From contig OZ250169.1 of the NCBI GenBank assembly GCA_965237955.1, positions 7,712,001-7,776,000 on the forward strand: a stretch of DNA of 64,000 nucleotides, written 5' to 3'. The stretch is from Candidatus Marinacidobacterales bacterium. GTDB taxonomy: Bacteria > Acidobacteriota > Vicinamibacteria > Marinacidobacterales > SMYC01. Shown here piece by piece: positions 52,991 to 62,893 of this stretch. The notes under the pieces are model-generated. The model was not told the DNA's origin. It searched no databases and saw only the letters and a program-made list of their open reading frames with translations. The translations under genes and the position numbers were made by a program. The first letter of the stretch is position 1. Each line of letters opens with the position of its first letter.

Positions 52991-53233
52991 AGCGCGTCCA
53001 TTGTACTGGACGGCAAGTTAGTTTCTGATGATCCGAGCGAGCAGGGTTCCATCCCGACACAAATCAACCTCATCACGAATTGGCACCAGGAGCTCGAGCG
53101 CCTCGTTCCGACCCAGCCAAATTCTACTGCTCTGAACCCGCTGATCTTGTCGGCAAAGTCCTGAAGTGGGTAAAAAAGAAACAAAAAATCTCCCGCAAGT
53201 GCAAGCAAGTAGGAAGTTAACTAGCTGCCTGAT

Positions 53234-53263
53234 TTGACTTTACGTCATTGTTTCACTTAAGAT
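53234..53263 (+). promoter_or_regulatory. sigma-70 promoter upstream of the DUF222-HNH gene
   Basis: TTGACT-N18-TAAGAT in an AT-rich tract; in-frame ACG at 53271 near the expected +1. Confidence 0.5.
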
Positions 53264-53318
53264 ACACCTCACGGAAGACATAGAAATCTACCCGCCAACG
53301 AGGCAGTTTCCGGTCAGC

Positions 53319-54584
53319 TTGGAACCTATAAGACAACCCATCCGCAGCGAGGAAGACCTACGCAACGACGAGCTCGCCGAGGAGATTGCCGCACTTTCCG
53401 CCCAGCTCCAGTCAGCCGATTACCGGCTGTTGGTGCTGCTTCGCGAGTTCGATGAGAAAGGTGGCTGGGCGCAGCAGGGCTGCAAGACATGCGCTCACTG
53501 GTTGTCGTGGCGCGTCGGCCTCAATGCCGGCGCGGCTCGCGAGAAAATCCGGGTGGCCCGCGCCTTGGCGAACCTGCCCCTCATCAGCGAGTCCATGCGC
53601 AAGGGTGAGATCTCCTACTCGAAAGTGCGCGCGGTGACGCGCGTGGCGACGCCGAACAACGAGGAGCCATTGCTCACCATCGCGCTCGGCGGAACGGCGT
53701 GTCAGGTCGAGCGCATTGTCCGCGCCTGGCGCAAAGTCGACCTCCAGGCGGAAAAAGACCACGCCAACTACCAGCAAGACCACGCGAGCCTCACGACCTA
53801 CGTAGACGACGACGGGATGGTCGTGATCAAGGGCAGATTACCGGCGGAGGTTGGTGCGGTCGTCGTCAAAGCGCTCGAAGCGGCATCGGACGTTCTCTAT
53901 AAGGATGACAGGAGACGGTCACTAGAGCATCGGCGGGTCGAAGCGTTGAAGCTCATCGCGGAAGCCGCCTTGAAGGCGGAGCTAGACCCCGGCAACAGCG
54001 CGGACCGATATCAGGTCGTCGTCCATATCGACCAGCAGGTACTCGAGGACCCAGAACAGCCGGGTCAATCCGCTTTGGAAGGCGGGATCGGCGTTTCCGC
54101 GGAAACGTCTCGGCGCATCGCGTGCGACGCGTCGATCATCGAGATGAAACACGACGAGAAAGGCAACGTGCTAGACGTCGGGCGCAAAACCAGGAAGATC
54201 CCACCCGCGATTCGGCGCGCTCTCGACGCTCGCGACCCCACATGCGTGTGGCCGGGCTGTCACAGCAAGTTCGTGCAGGGCCATCACCTCGAGTTCTGGG
54301 CGGAGGGAGGTGGGACCAAGCTCCGAAATCTTTGCAACCTCTGCAGTTACCATCATCATTTGGTTCACGATGGCGATTATCGTGTCGAGATGCTCGCCGA
54401 CGGCAAGTTTCGTGTTACCCATTCCAGGGGATGGGTGATACCGGAAGTTCCTCCACCTGCGAAACTACCCGACAAACCGCTTACCGACATCGAGCTCGAA
54501 GGTTGGGAAGGCGAACCGAAGTGGGGCTACGATCCGATCGACTTGCCGCTCGTGATCAATACGATGTGGCTCCCGAGGAACTGA
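53319..54584 (+). CDS. DUF222 + HNH endonuclease (13E12-repeat-like)
   Basis: CAHWLSWR, SYSKVRA, RRIACDA, VGRKTR, RRALDARDPTCVWPGC, GHHLEFWAEGGGT, LCSYHHHLVH. Confidence 0.9.
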   Translation: MEPIRQPIRSEEDLRNDELAEEIAALSAQLQSADYRLLVLLREFDEKGGWAQQGCKTCAHWLSWRVGLNAGAAREKIRVARALANLPLISESMRKGEISYSKVRAVTRVATPNNEEPLLTIALGGTACQVERIVRAWRKVDLQAEKDHANYQQDHASLTTYVDDDGMVVIKGRLPAEVGAVVVKALEAASDVLYKDDRRRSLEHRRVEALKLIAEAALKAELDPGNSADRYQVVVHIDQQVLEDPEQPGQSALEGGIGVSAETSRRIACDASIIEMKHDEKGNVLDVGRKTRKIPPAIRRALDARDPTCVWPGCHSKFVQGHHLEFWAEGGGTKLRNLCNLCSYHHHLVHDGDYRVEMLADGKFRVTHSRGWVIPEVPPPAKLPDKPLTDIELEGWEGEPKWGYDPIDLPLVINTMWLPRN

Positions 54585-54587
54585 CGA

Positions 54588-57028
54588 TTACCGGCCGATG
54601 TCGAACTGCTTCGTGTACTTGACGATGAGCTGCCGGCCTTTCGGGCCTCTCTCGAATCCGGTGCGATCGAAAGCGCCGAAGTGCTGGATGTCGTTGTACA
54701 CGACGTAGAGGCGGTGCCGGCGGTGTTCAGCCAGCCGAAGCGGATGTTGCTGCTGACGTCTTCGGTCTCGTTGTTGTACTGGACCGTGGCCTGGAGAAAA
54801 ATCCGTGGCGTGAACGAATACGATCCCTTGAGCGCCACGACCGACGTAATGAAGTCGCCCTCGTTAAGGTTCACGTTGAAGTAGGCCACGCGTAGCGACG
54901 TGATGAACTTGTCCTGGTAGCGGTAGTTCACCGTGGTCGTGGTTCCGACCCTGCGGCCAGAGTAGAAACCACCCGCGTCGATCGTGCCCTGCACCGAGAA
55001 CGGAGCGCTGAGGTTCGTGTTGGCCCTAAACCCCCAATCGAAGTTTTCGTAGGTTCCGGGCGGGATGACGACGCCTTCACTGATCTCGAACGGCTCCTTG
55101 AGGCCTTCGCCGGTGAAGTTCACCGCCGGTAATTGGAAGAACGCGCCGTTCGAAAACTCGAAGTGGTTGTCGATATGGACGGAGTAGGATTCGGTGAAGC
55201 CCTCCAGGTCCCAGAACTGTCGCCACAAAATATGCGGCCTCAGCTCCCTGAACCATTCGACGTTCGGAAAACGGAATGCGCGTAGGATAAGGGTAGTGAT
55301 GTGGCGGTAGTCTCGCCGAGGCAGGAACCCGACCTCGGGGTTGAACTCCGCTCCGATCTCCCGATAAGTCGCGGACAAACGCCATTCGCGGGTATTGTAC
55401 GAACTTCTGAAGTTGAATCCGTATTGCCCGTTGTCCACCCCAGGTGTGGTCGTCCCCGCCGCCCAGCCGGTGAGATTGATGGCCTCGCCGATCCCGTAGG
55501 TACCATCGACCGCGTAGGTGAGGTTGTAGTCGCTCGAATTGTCGGTGTTCACTCGCGACACGAAGATTCCCCCGACACGGGTGCGGTTTTCGAACTCCTG
55601 GAACAGCCGCACCACACCGAAGTTGTTGGGCGGCTCGACGCGAACGTCCTCACCGATGTCGTCGTCGAAGACATCGAGGTGGTTGGCTTGGATCGCTAGT
55701 CCCCTGGAACAGAGGTTCGTAGCCTAAAGCTCGACGCCATTTTGTGGGCTGGCGAGGCGTGACGACGAAGTCATATTGGAATATTTCGAGGAGGAACAAC
55801 GAAGCCAGCGCGCAAAAAGGGCCCGAGATTTAGGCTACGAACCTCTGTTCCAGGGGACTAGGAACCCGACTTGCATGCCGGCCATCTTGCCGGTCAACCG
55901 GGCGCCGCCCTGGATCGGGACGGATTCGCCTCCGAAGAGGCCAATGCGTCTACTGAAGAACAGCTCGGCGGAACGCGGCGAACCCACTGAAAACGACCCC
56001 GCGTTCTCGAGAAAAAACGGCCGCTTCTCGGGAAAGAACAAGGGGAATCGGGTGAGGTTCACCTGCAGATCATCGACCTCGACCTGCGCGAAGTCGGTGT
56101 TGACCGTCAGGTCCAACGTCAGGCTCTGCGTCAGCCCGATCTTGGCCTCTCCGCCGATCGTGCCGTCGCCCGAGGCCGCCGACTCGCGCGTGTAGTCGCG
56201 AGAAACATCGCCGAGAGCATAAGGTGTTACCGTGAAGATCTTTCGGTTGGGCGCCTCGAACTCGGTGAGTGTTCCCGCAAGCGATACGCGGAACAATGTG
56301 AATTGACGCGGGATCGGTGACCACACTGACCGTTCGTTGCGAATGCGGATGTTGCGGGCGAAGTTCACGCCCCACGTCTGTCCACCACCGTGTTGATAGC
56401 GCAGCGTGTCGAAAGGGATGCGAAGCTCTGCGAACCAGCCGCTCTCGTCGGTAGAGGTTGCGACTTCCCAGGCGCCGTCCCAATTGACGTTGAAGCCACC
56501 GCCGGAGCCGGCCCGCTGACGTCGTGGTCCGCGGCCTCCCCCTCCTCCTCCTCCTCTGCCACCCTGACCGTCGCGGGTGACCTGACCGTCGAACTCGATG
56601 CCCGCGGGCGTCGTCCCGAAGACGAACCCGTTCTGCCGGTCCAGGTAGGTATCGATCACCATCACAAAGGCGTCGGTGTTTTGAAGCGACGCATCGCGAC
56701 GGCTCTCTCCGACGACGATTGTGGAGGGGTCGTCGACGAACATCCACGCGCCAACGTATAACGCCGACTCGTCATAGACGAGACGGATCTCGGTTCGCTC
56801 CGAGACCGGCTCTCCCTCGACTGGCTCGAGCTGCACGAAGTCGCTAAGGATCTCGGCGTCGTTCCAGGCGATGTCGTCGAGACGTCCGTCGATGACCGGG
56901 GGTTCTGCTACCAGCGCCGCCGTTCCCACTGGTACCCGGGTTCGGTCGGCGGTCGCTGGGGGATCCTGAGCTTTTAGGACAAAAGCTGAAAGCGAGAGGA
57001 CGATGATCGGGATTGTCGGGTTGCGCAC
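54588..57028 (-). pseudogene. DUF5916 / CBM9-like outer-membrane protein interrupted by a MITE (plus a frameshift at ~54712)
   Basis: PVIDGRLDD, GWFAELRIPF, NTDFAQVEVD, FFPEKRPFFLE, FNPEVGF; ORF restored on MITE removal. Confidence 0.88.
55696..55861. mobile_element. MITE (158 bp) with CTAG target duplication
   Basis: Perfect 33-bp IR including CTAG (55696-55728 / 55829-55861), non-coding interior. Confidence 0.92.
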
Positions 57029-57373
57029 GCGCTTCGTTGTCAGTTCGAATGGTTACGAGTTACACAGGAAAAGCTTACAGTGCTAGACGCGTTGCCCCGT
57101 TCGCGACAATACCACTACCGGGCCAGCTGCGCTACGCCTGGTTCAAAGCACTGGGCGAGGGGTGCGGGGCGATGCGCGCGCAACATCAAGTATGGTTGGC
57201 GCCGAACACGTGTGCTCGTGACGAGCCCGTGGAAGTCGAACCGAATCGCTCCAAGCGCCTACAAACCCTGAATCCAATCTTTGATCAAGGGCTTGCTGAG
57301 AACGACATAAGGCAGGGGCAAAAAAGCATGGCGTGAGGATGGTCTCAGCGGTTCGTCCGTGATAAAACATCCC

Positions 57374-58657
57374 ATGCCGAAAAGAAAATCTCGCGGCCGT
57401 AAGGCCGCCTCGGGACGGAAGACTGCCGCAACCAAACGCAAGGCCACTCGCAAAAAAGCCCCCGTAAAGGCCAAAAAAGCCAAAAAAGAGGGCAAGAAGA
57501 GGGGGGCTGTCCGCGCCAAGCGGAGTGCTCCGGCGCGCAAGAGGCCGGCAAAAAAGTCCGCCAAGCGCCGCGTAGCGGTGAAAAAGGACGCCCGGCGCAA
57601 GAAGCGAGGAGGTAAGGCGCCTAGGGCGAATGCGTCGAGCGGTGTCCCGCTGTATCTTCTGTCGGTGGAGCTCGAGAACGTGCGCTGCTTCGGGCCGTCG
57701 CAAACCTTGCAGCTTTCGACCGAGCGCGGGCAGCCGATTCCATGGACGGTGATTTTCGGCGACAACGGGTCCGGAAAAACGACACTGTTGCAGGCCGTGT
57801 GCGGCGTTGCCTCTACCTTGCAGGACCGCAAGGAAGTGCCATCGTTCATTCGCTACAACTGGTGGCCCCAACGCCGGCCGTCGAAGGCCACTCTCGTCAG
57901 CGCGAACGTGTTGCTACGGCCGCGTGAGGTGGCCGAGTTCTCGGTGCGTTACGCTCCGGAGCGTCGCCGTCAGAGTCCTCCGCCGCGCTGGGATTTCAAC
58001 CGCGACGGAACGCTGAACTACTTCGGCTACGGAGCGTCCCGCCGCTACGGAAACACGGCGGATTCGGGACGCAAGCCGCTGGAATCCTCGGGGGACGAGA
58101 GCCTCTTCGTGGATGAGGCCGAGCTTCTCAACGCCGAGGAGTGGTTCGTGCAAATGAGCCACTTCGGCCCCGCGCGCCGCCAGCTAAGGGAAGCCCGCGC
58201 GGCGAAGAAGGTGCGGGATCTTCTCAAATCGATCTTGCTCGATGTGTCGGATATACGGATCGCGACGCGTCAAGGGCGTGCGGGGGTCGAGTTCCGGACC
58301 CACTATGGATGGGTCCCGCTGAAAGACCTCAGCATGGGCTATCGCACGCTGATCGCCTGGGTCGTCGACTTCTCCCGCCGCCTCTACGTCCAGAACCCGC
58401 GTAGCGCCAACCCGCTGGCGGGGCCGGCGGTGGTCTGCATCGACGAGATCGACCTGCATCTGCACCAACGGTGGCAGCGCAATCTCATGAACTTCCTCTC
58501 CGAGGTGTTTCCGAAAACGCAGTTCATCTGTTCGGCCCACAACCGAACGGTGGCGCAAGCGGTTCCCCGCGATGCGAACCTCGTTCTTCTACGGCGCAAG
58601 GGTGACCATGTCGAGATCCATAACCACGCGGCGGAGCTTCTGGAAGGCGTGCGCTAG
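57374..58657 (+). CDS. ABC-type (AAA_21-like) ATPase with N-terminal histone-H1-like Lys/Arg/Ala-rich tail
   Basis: VELENVRCF, GDNGSGKT, GYGASRR, LSMGY, CIDEIDLHLH, SAHN. Confidence 0.85.
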   Translation: MPKRKSRGRKAASGRKTAATKRKATRKKAPVKAKKAKKEGKKRGAVRAKRSAPARKRPAKKSAKRRVAVKKDARRKKRGGKAPRANASSGVPLYLLSVELENVRCFGPSQTLQLSTERGQPIPWTVIFGDNGSGKTTLLQAVCGVASTLQDRKEVPSFIRYNWWPQRRPSKATLVSANVLLRPREVAEFSVRYAPERRRQSPPPRWDFNRDGTLNYFGYGASRRYGNTADSGRKPLESSGDESLFVDEAELLNAEEWFVQMSHFGPARRQLREARAAKKVRDLLKSILLDVSDIRIATRQGRAGVEFRTHYGWVPLKDLSMGYRTLIAWVVDFSRRLYVQNPRSANPLAGPAVVCIDEIDLHLHQRWQRNLMNFLSEVFPKTQFICSAHNRTVAQAVPRDANLVLLRRKGDHVEIHNHAAELLEGVR

Positions 58658-58823
58658 CCGCGTCTTTTCGAGATCGCGTACGAAGCACCGTCAACGGCGA
58701 GAGCTCGTTCATATCCGGAGGCACAAAATCCGCCGCGTTCGACTATACTAGAGACTCTCGTAACCGGGCAAAGCCCACGCACGCCCACGATTCTTCCGTG
58801 AGCGTGCCTTTGAAAGCAGGTCA

Positions 58824-59060
58824 ATGAAACTCTACGTGGGCAACCTTCCTTACAACGCCTCCGAGGAATCCCTCCGCAAGCTCTTCTCGCGCCATGGACA
58901 GGTGCAGGACGTCTGGATCGGCAACACTCGCGTGGGTTCTCCCCACGGCTACGGGTTTGTTCATATGCCGGACGGCTCGAATGCCGAAAAAGCCATATCG
59001 ATGCTCGACGGTGTCCAATTCGAAGGAAAGGAGATCACCGTCCATCAGGCGAGAGACTGA
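58824..59060 (+). CDS. RRM RNA-binding protein
   Basis: RNP2 KLYVGNL, RNP1 HGYGFVHM. Confidence 0.92.
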   Translation: MKLYVGNLPYNASEESLRKLFSRHGQVQDVWIGNTRVGSPHGYGFVHMPDGSNAEKAISMLDGVQFEGKEITVHQARD

Positions 59061-59105
59061 CCATTCCGACGAGCTTCCGAGGATCTCCGCATCTGAAAGT
59101 CTGAA

Positions 59106-60203
59106 ATGCCAATTTGGAACGAAGCGATTGCCAAGCACCAGGTGCCGCGGCTCCGACGCAGCAGCTGGCAACTCGTGAACACACTCCTCCCATACGCGGC
59201 GCTCATGAGTCTGATGGCCTGGACGGCACCGCGTTCCTACTGGATCACTCTGGCTCTCGCCGTTCCCGCAGGGGGCTTTTTGGCACGCATCTTCATCCTC
59301 TTTCACGACTGCGCGCACGGCTCCTTTTTCCGATCGTCTCGAGCGAACGAAGTCTGGGGCGTTCTCATGGGAGTACTGGTGTTTACTCCATATCGAGACT
59401 GGCGCCACGAGCACGCACTCCATCACGCGAGCTCGGGCGATCTGGATCGGCGCGGCAAAGGAGACGTCTGGACGCTCACCGTGCAGGAGTACCTCGAGGC
59501 GTCCGGCTGGAAACGCCTCGGCTATCGTCTCGCGCGCAATCCCGTCGTTCTCTTCTTCCTGGCACCGCTCTGCCTGTTCCTCATCGACCATAGGTTCCCC
59601 AGAACCGGCGGCGGGAAGCGCGAGCGGGCGAGCGTGTACTGGACGAACGCCGCACTCCTTGGGGTCGCTTCCGCCGCGAGTCTCGCTGTCGGCCTCAAAA
59701 CCTATCTGCTCATTCAAGTGCCGGTGCTGATGGTCGCCGCGACGGTGGGGGTTTGGTTGTTCTACGTGCAGCATCAATTCGAAGATGCTTATTGGGAGAG
59801 GGGAAAGGATTGGGACTTCGTGGCTACCGCCCTGAACGGGAGCTCGTTCTACCAGCTTCCCGGGTTCTTGCAGTGGTTCACCGGAAGCATCGGATTCCAT
59901 CACGTTCATCACTTGAGCCCGGCCATTCCCAATTACAACCTCGAGAAATGCCACCGGGAGCACCCGATGTTCCAGGAGGTGAAGCCGCTGACGCTGCGAT
60001 CGAGCTTGAAGTCTCTGAGGCTTCGCCTCTGGGACGAGCAGCGAAGAAAGCTCGTCTCCTATAGGAGACTTCGAGAAATCCGGAGAGAGCGCGCCGCCGC
60101 GCGCGAGAATCGTGACGACTTTACGAATCAGACTGACGTCCGCTCATCGAGTCCACACGTGATGGTGACGAGGGAAATGACAACCGCCGGGCCGAGCAGT
60201 TGA
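59106..60203 (+). CDS. membrane fatty acid desaturase (Des-like)
   Basis: His boxes HDCAH, HALHH, HHVHH; LFYVQH. Confidence 0.92.
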   Translation: MPIWNEAIAKHQVPRLRRSSWQLVNTLLPYAALMSLMAWTAPRSYWITLALAVPAGGFLARIFILFHDCAHGSFFRSSRANEVWGVLMGVLVFTPYRDWRHEHALHHASSGDLDRRGKGDVWTLTVQEYLEASGWKRLGYRLARNPVVLFFLAPLCLFLIDHRFPRTGGGKRERASVYWTNAALLGVASAASLAVGLKTYLLIQVPVLMVAATVGVWLFYVQHQFEDAYWERGKDWDFVATALNGSSFYQLPGFLQWFTGSIGFHHVHHLSPAIPNYNLEKCHREHPMFQEVKPLTLRSSLKSLRLRLWDEQRRKLVSYRRLREIRRERAAARENRDDFTNQTDVRSSSPHVMVTREMTTAGPSS

Positions 60204-60262
60204 GCGGTTGAATCCGATCAAGCCAAAATCTTCACTGGCTGATGGCGCGCGACTTTCGTTCG

Positions 60263-60799
60263 AAGTGAGGTTTATCTGCCGAGGACACCAAGCTCGACCG
60301 GAAAGTCGCCCTGAAGGTTCTCCCGCCGGAGCTAGCCGAGAGCGAGGAGCGCCGGGCCCGGTTCACACGAGAGGCAAAAGCCATCGCGGCGCTGAACCAC
60401 CCGAACATCGTCCACGCCTACTCCGTCGAGGAGGCCGACGGCCTTCACTTCATCACGATGGAGCTGGTCCGCGGAAAAACGCTTTCGGAGCTCCTCCCAA
60501 AGAATGGATTCCTCGTCAGCCGCTTCTTCGATATTGCGATTCCGCTGGCGGATGCGGTTGCGGCGGCCCACCAGGAAGGGCATCACCCACCGGGATCTCA
60601 AGCCCGACAACGTGATGGTGAGCGACGACGGCGAATAAAGGTCCTCGACTTCGGGCTGGCCAAACCCCATGCGGCGATGGGCTCGAGTGCAAGGGACAGT
60701 GATCTTCCAACCGCACAAAGGACGCAGGAAGGCCGCATCCTGGGGACGTTTGCCTACATGTCGCCCGAACAGGCGGAAGGTAAGCCCCTCGACGCCCGT
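60263..60799 (+). pseudogene. Ser/Thr protein kinase remnant
   Basis: EVYLAEDTKLDRKVALKVL, HPNIV, HRDLKPDN, KVLDFGLAK, YMSPEQ; frameshifted and truncated. Confidence 0.85.
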
Positions 60800-61237
60800 T
60801 TAGAAAGGCCCGGGAAGGCTGGAGTCGTCTTCGGCCTGGACGGAGCGAACCGGAGAGGTCACGATGTGACCGTTTTCGCCATAGATCTCCATCCGCATCC
60901 CAAGCCCGATCCAGCGCGTCTTGAGCATACAGCCGCCGTAGCTGGATCCACCGAGGCTGGCTTGAACAGGCTCGGTGAAAAACCGTCCGCCCTGAATGAG
61001 CACTGTCGACTCCCCGGGACTGAGCACAGTCAATTGGTAGAGCGAGTTAAGAGTACGCACCCTCAGCCTGGTGAGCGGCAAAAGCCCCCTCACGTCTACC
61101 CCAGAACGGTCGTGGATGTCTTCGCCAAAGCCCTCAAGCGTGCACAGGCGAGGGACCCAGCGCTCCTTGCTCTCGGAAGGGCGGATCTCGCGAGTGTTCC
61201 GGATGCGTGTCGAGCTCGAGCGAGCGTGTACTTTCAT
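60800..61237 (-). CDS. hypothetical protein
   Basis: LRVRTLNSLY..IQGGRFF..GSSYGG..IVTSPVRSV; coding-like composition. Confidence 0.6.
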   Translation of the reverse strand: MKVHARSSSTRIRNTREIRPSESKERWVPRLCTLEGFGEDIHDRSGVDVRGLLPLTRLRVRTLNSLYQLTVLSPGESTVLIQGGRFFTEPVQASLGGSSYGGCMLKTRWIGLGMRMEIYGENGHIVTSPVRSVQAEDDSSLPGPF

Positions 61238-61495
61238 GCCTTTCACGTCGAGCGACGTTACCACAATCTCGCCCAAGATTGTATACAGTCGACGTGCATC
61301 CCCGTTTGAAGCGAGGGACAGTTGCTGCGCTCTGGCGCGTGTCGACTATCTCGCCATCGGTTGAACTATTCGATACCACGGCGTAGAATCCTCGGGTCTT
61401 CCCTGGAGGCTCAGGAGCCCATCCCATGGTCGGGCGCGCGCTCTCAACATATTCAATCGCTTCACATACTAGTGGTTATGTAGTGCACTACGTTA

Positions 61496-61580
61496 CCACT
61501 ACAAGATCCTGGAGAAGATCGGCTCCGGAGGAATGAGAGAAGTCTATCTGGCCGCGGACACCAAGTTAGACCGGCGCCGT
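61496..61580 (+). pseudogene. second Ser/Thr kinase N-terminal remnant
   Basis: HYKILEKIGSGGMREVYLAADTKLDRR. Confidence 0.7.
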
Positions 61581-61843
61581 CGAATTGCTAATCGATACTG
61601 GCGCGGACCGAACCTTACGTCGAAGCCAAAATGGAGCATGACCGTCTTATGTCGATGGCTTGCGTCGTCAGAGGATAAAGAATGACGGCCTCCTCCGCGT
61701 TCGGAACGTCCTCCATGAGCGACGCTCCGCCGGCTAAACTGTTGGTGTGAGCGAAGTCAAGAGTCTGGTCCGCCTTTCGTCTGCGTCGCGTTCTCGGATT
61801 GCCCGCTAAGCTTCGGGAGCCTCTTTCACTACATCCAAGCGTC

Positions 61844-62713
61844 ATGCCCGCATCTCACACTGTCGAACATCCTGCGGAACTTCTGGCCTTTCTTTTTGCC
61901 TGTCGGCCTGAGGTGAAGAGGACAACGGTGCGGCAGTGGCTCAAGTACGGGTCGGTTCAAGTCAACGGACGGTCGATCACACGCTCCAACCACCCTCTGC
62001 AGACCGGGGATCTGGTTTCGATTCGCGCCAAGGGCGATGTGCGCGCAGAAGGTCTGTTGCCACCGGGAATGACGGTATTGTTTGAGGACGCGTCGCTCAT
62101 TGTCATCGAGAAGCCCGAGCATCTGCTGAGTATGGCCAGCGCGACGGAACGCGACGAGACAGCCTATGCCTTTCTGACTGACTACGTGCGCCGCGGCAAT
62201 CCTCAGAGCCGGGAGCGGGTGTGGATCGTCCACCGGTTGGACCGCGAGTCGTCCGGGCTAATGGTTTTTGCGAAGACGGAGGCGGTGAAGCGCGCGCTGC
62301 AAGCACATTGGTCGAAGGCCGAGAAACGCTACCTGGCGGTGGTGGAAGGAAATCCACCGGCGGACCACGGCGTGCTGAGGTCACACCTGGATGAGAGCGG
62401 CCCCTTCAAGGTCAGAAGCGCCCGTCCGAGCGAGCGGACACGCCATGCGGTGACCCATTACCGGGTGATGAAGCGAATCGCGACCCGCGCGTTGATCGAA
62501 CTGACGCCAGAGACGGGTCGGCGCAATCAGATCCGGGTGCACCTGGCCGATGCGGGATGTCCGATCATCGGCGATCACAAATATGAGGCCCGCACGAATC
62601 CCACCCTGCGACTGGGATTGCACGCTAGTCACCTTGAATTCAAGCACCCGTTGTCTGGAGAACTTCTAAGATTTGAATCACCTCTTCCGCAGGATCTGGC
62701 GCGGCTGCTGTGA
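61844..62713 (+). CDS. RluA-family 23S rRNA pseudouridine synthase
   Basis: S4-like N-term, IEKP, VHRLDRESSG, TGRRNQIRVH, IIGDHKY, LGLHA. Confidence 0.93.
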   Translation: MPASHTVEHPAELLAFLFACRPEVKRTTVRQWLKYGSVQVNGRSITRSNHPLQTGDLVSIRAKGDVRAEGLLPPGMTVLFEDASLIVIEKPEHLLSMASATERDETAYAFLTDYVRRGNPQSRERVWIVHRLDRESSGLMVFAKTEAVKRALQAHWSKAEKRYLAVVEGNPPADHGVLRSHLDESGPFKVRSARPSERTRHAVTHYRVMKRIATRALIELTPETGRRNQIRVHLADAGCPIIGDHKYEARTNPTLRLGLHASHLEFKHPLSGELLRFESPLPQDLARLL

Positions 62714-62893
62714 CCTGGAGGCCTCGTGGAATTGATCGGGGACGATTCCATACTTGGCCATGTCTCGGCAGGGTCCATTCCCAAGCAAGTGAACCAGTTC
62801 GTGAACAACAATGTATTCGAGGCACTCCGCTTCGGACGGTGGACATTCTCATATCACGTCGAGTAGGATGCCGCAAACTGGGAGGTTTACAGG

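Noticed and set aside
53319-58657. Septu/retron-like ATPase + HNH defence pair
   Set aside because: The HNH is a DUF222 type 2.8 kb away and separated by an opposite-strand gene; no reverse transcriptase or PtuB-like gene is adjacent.
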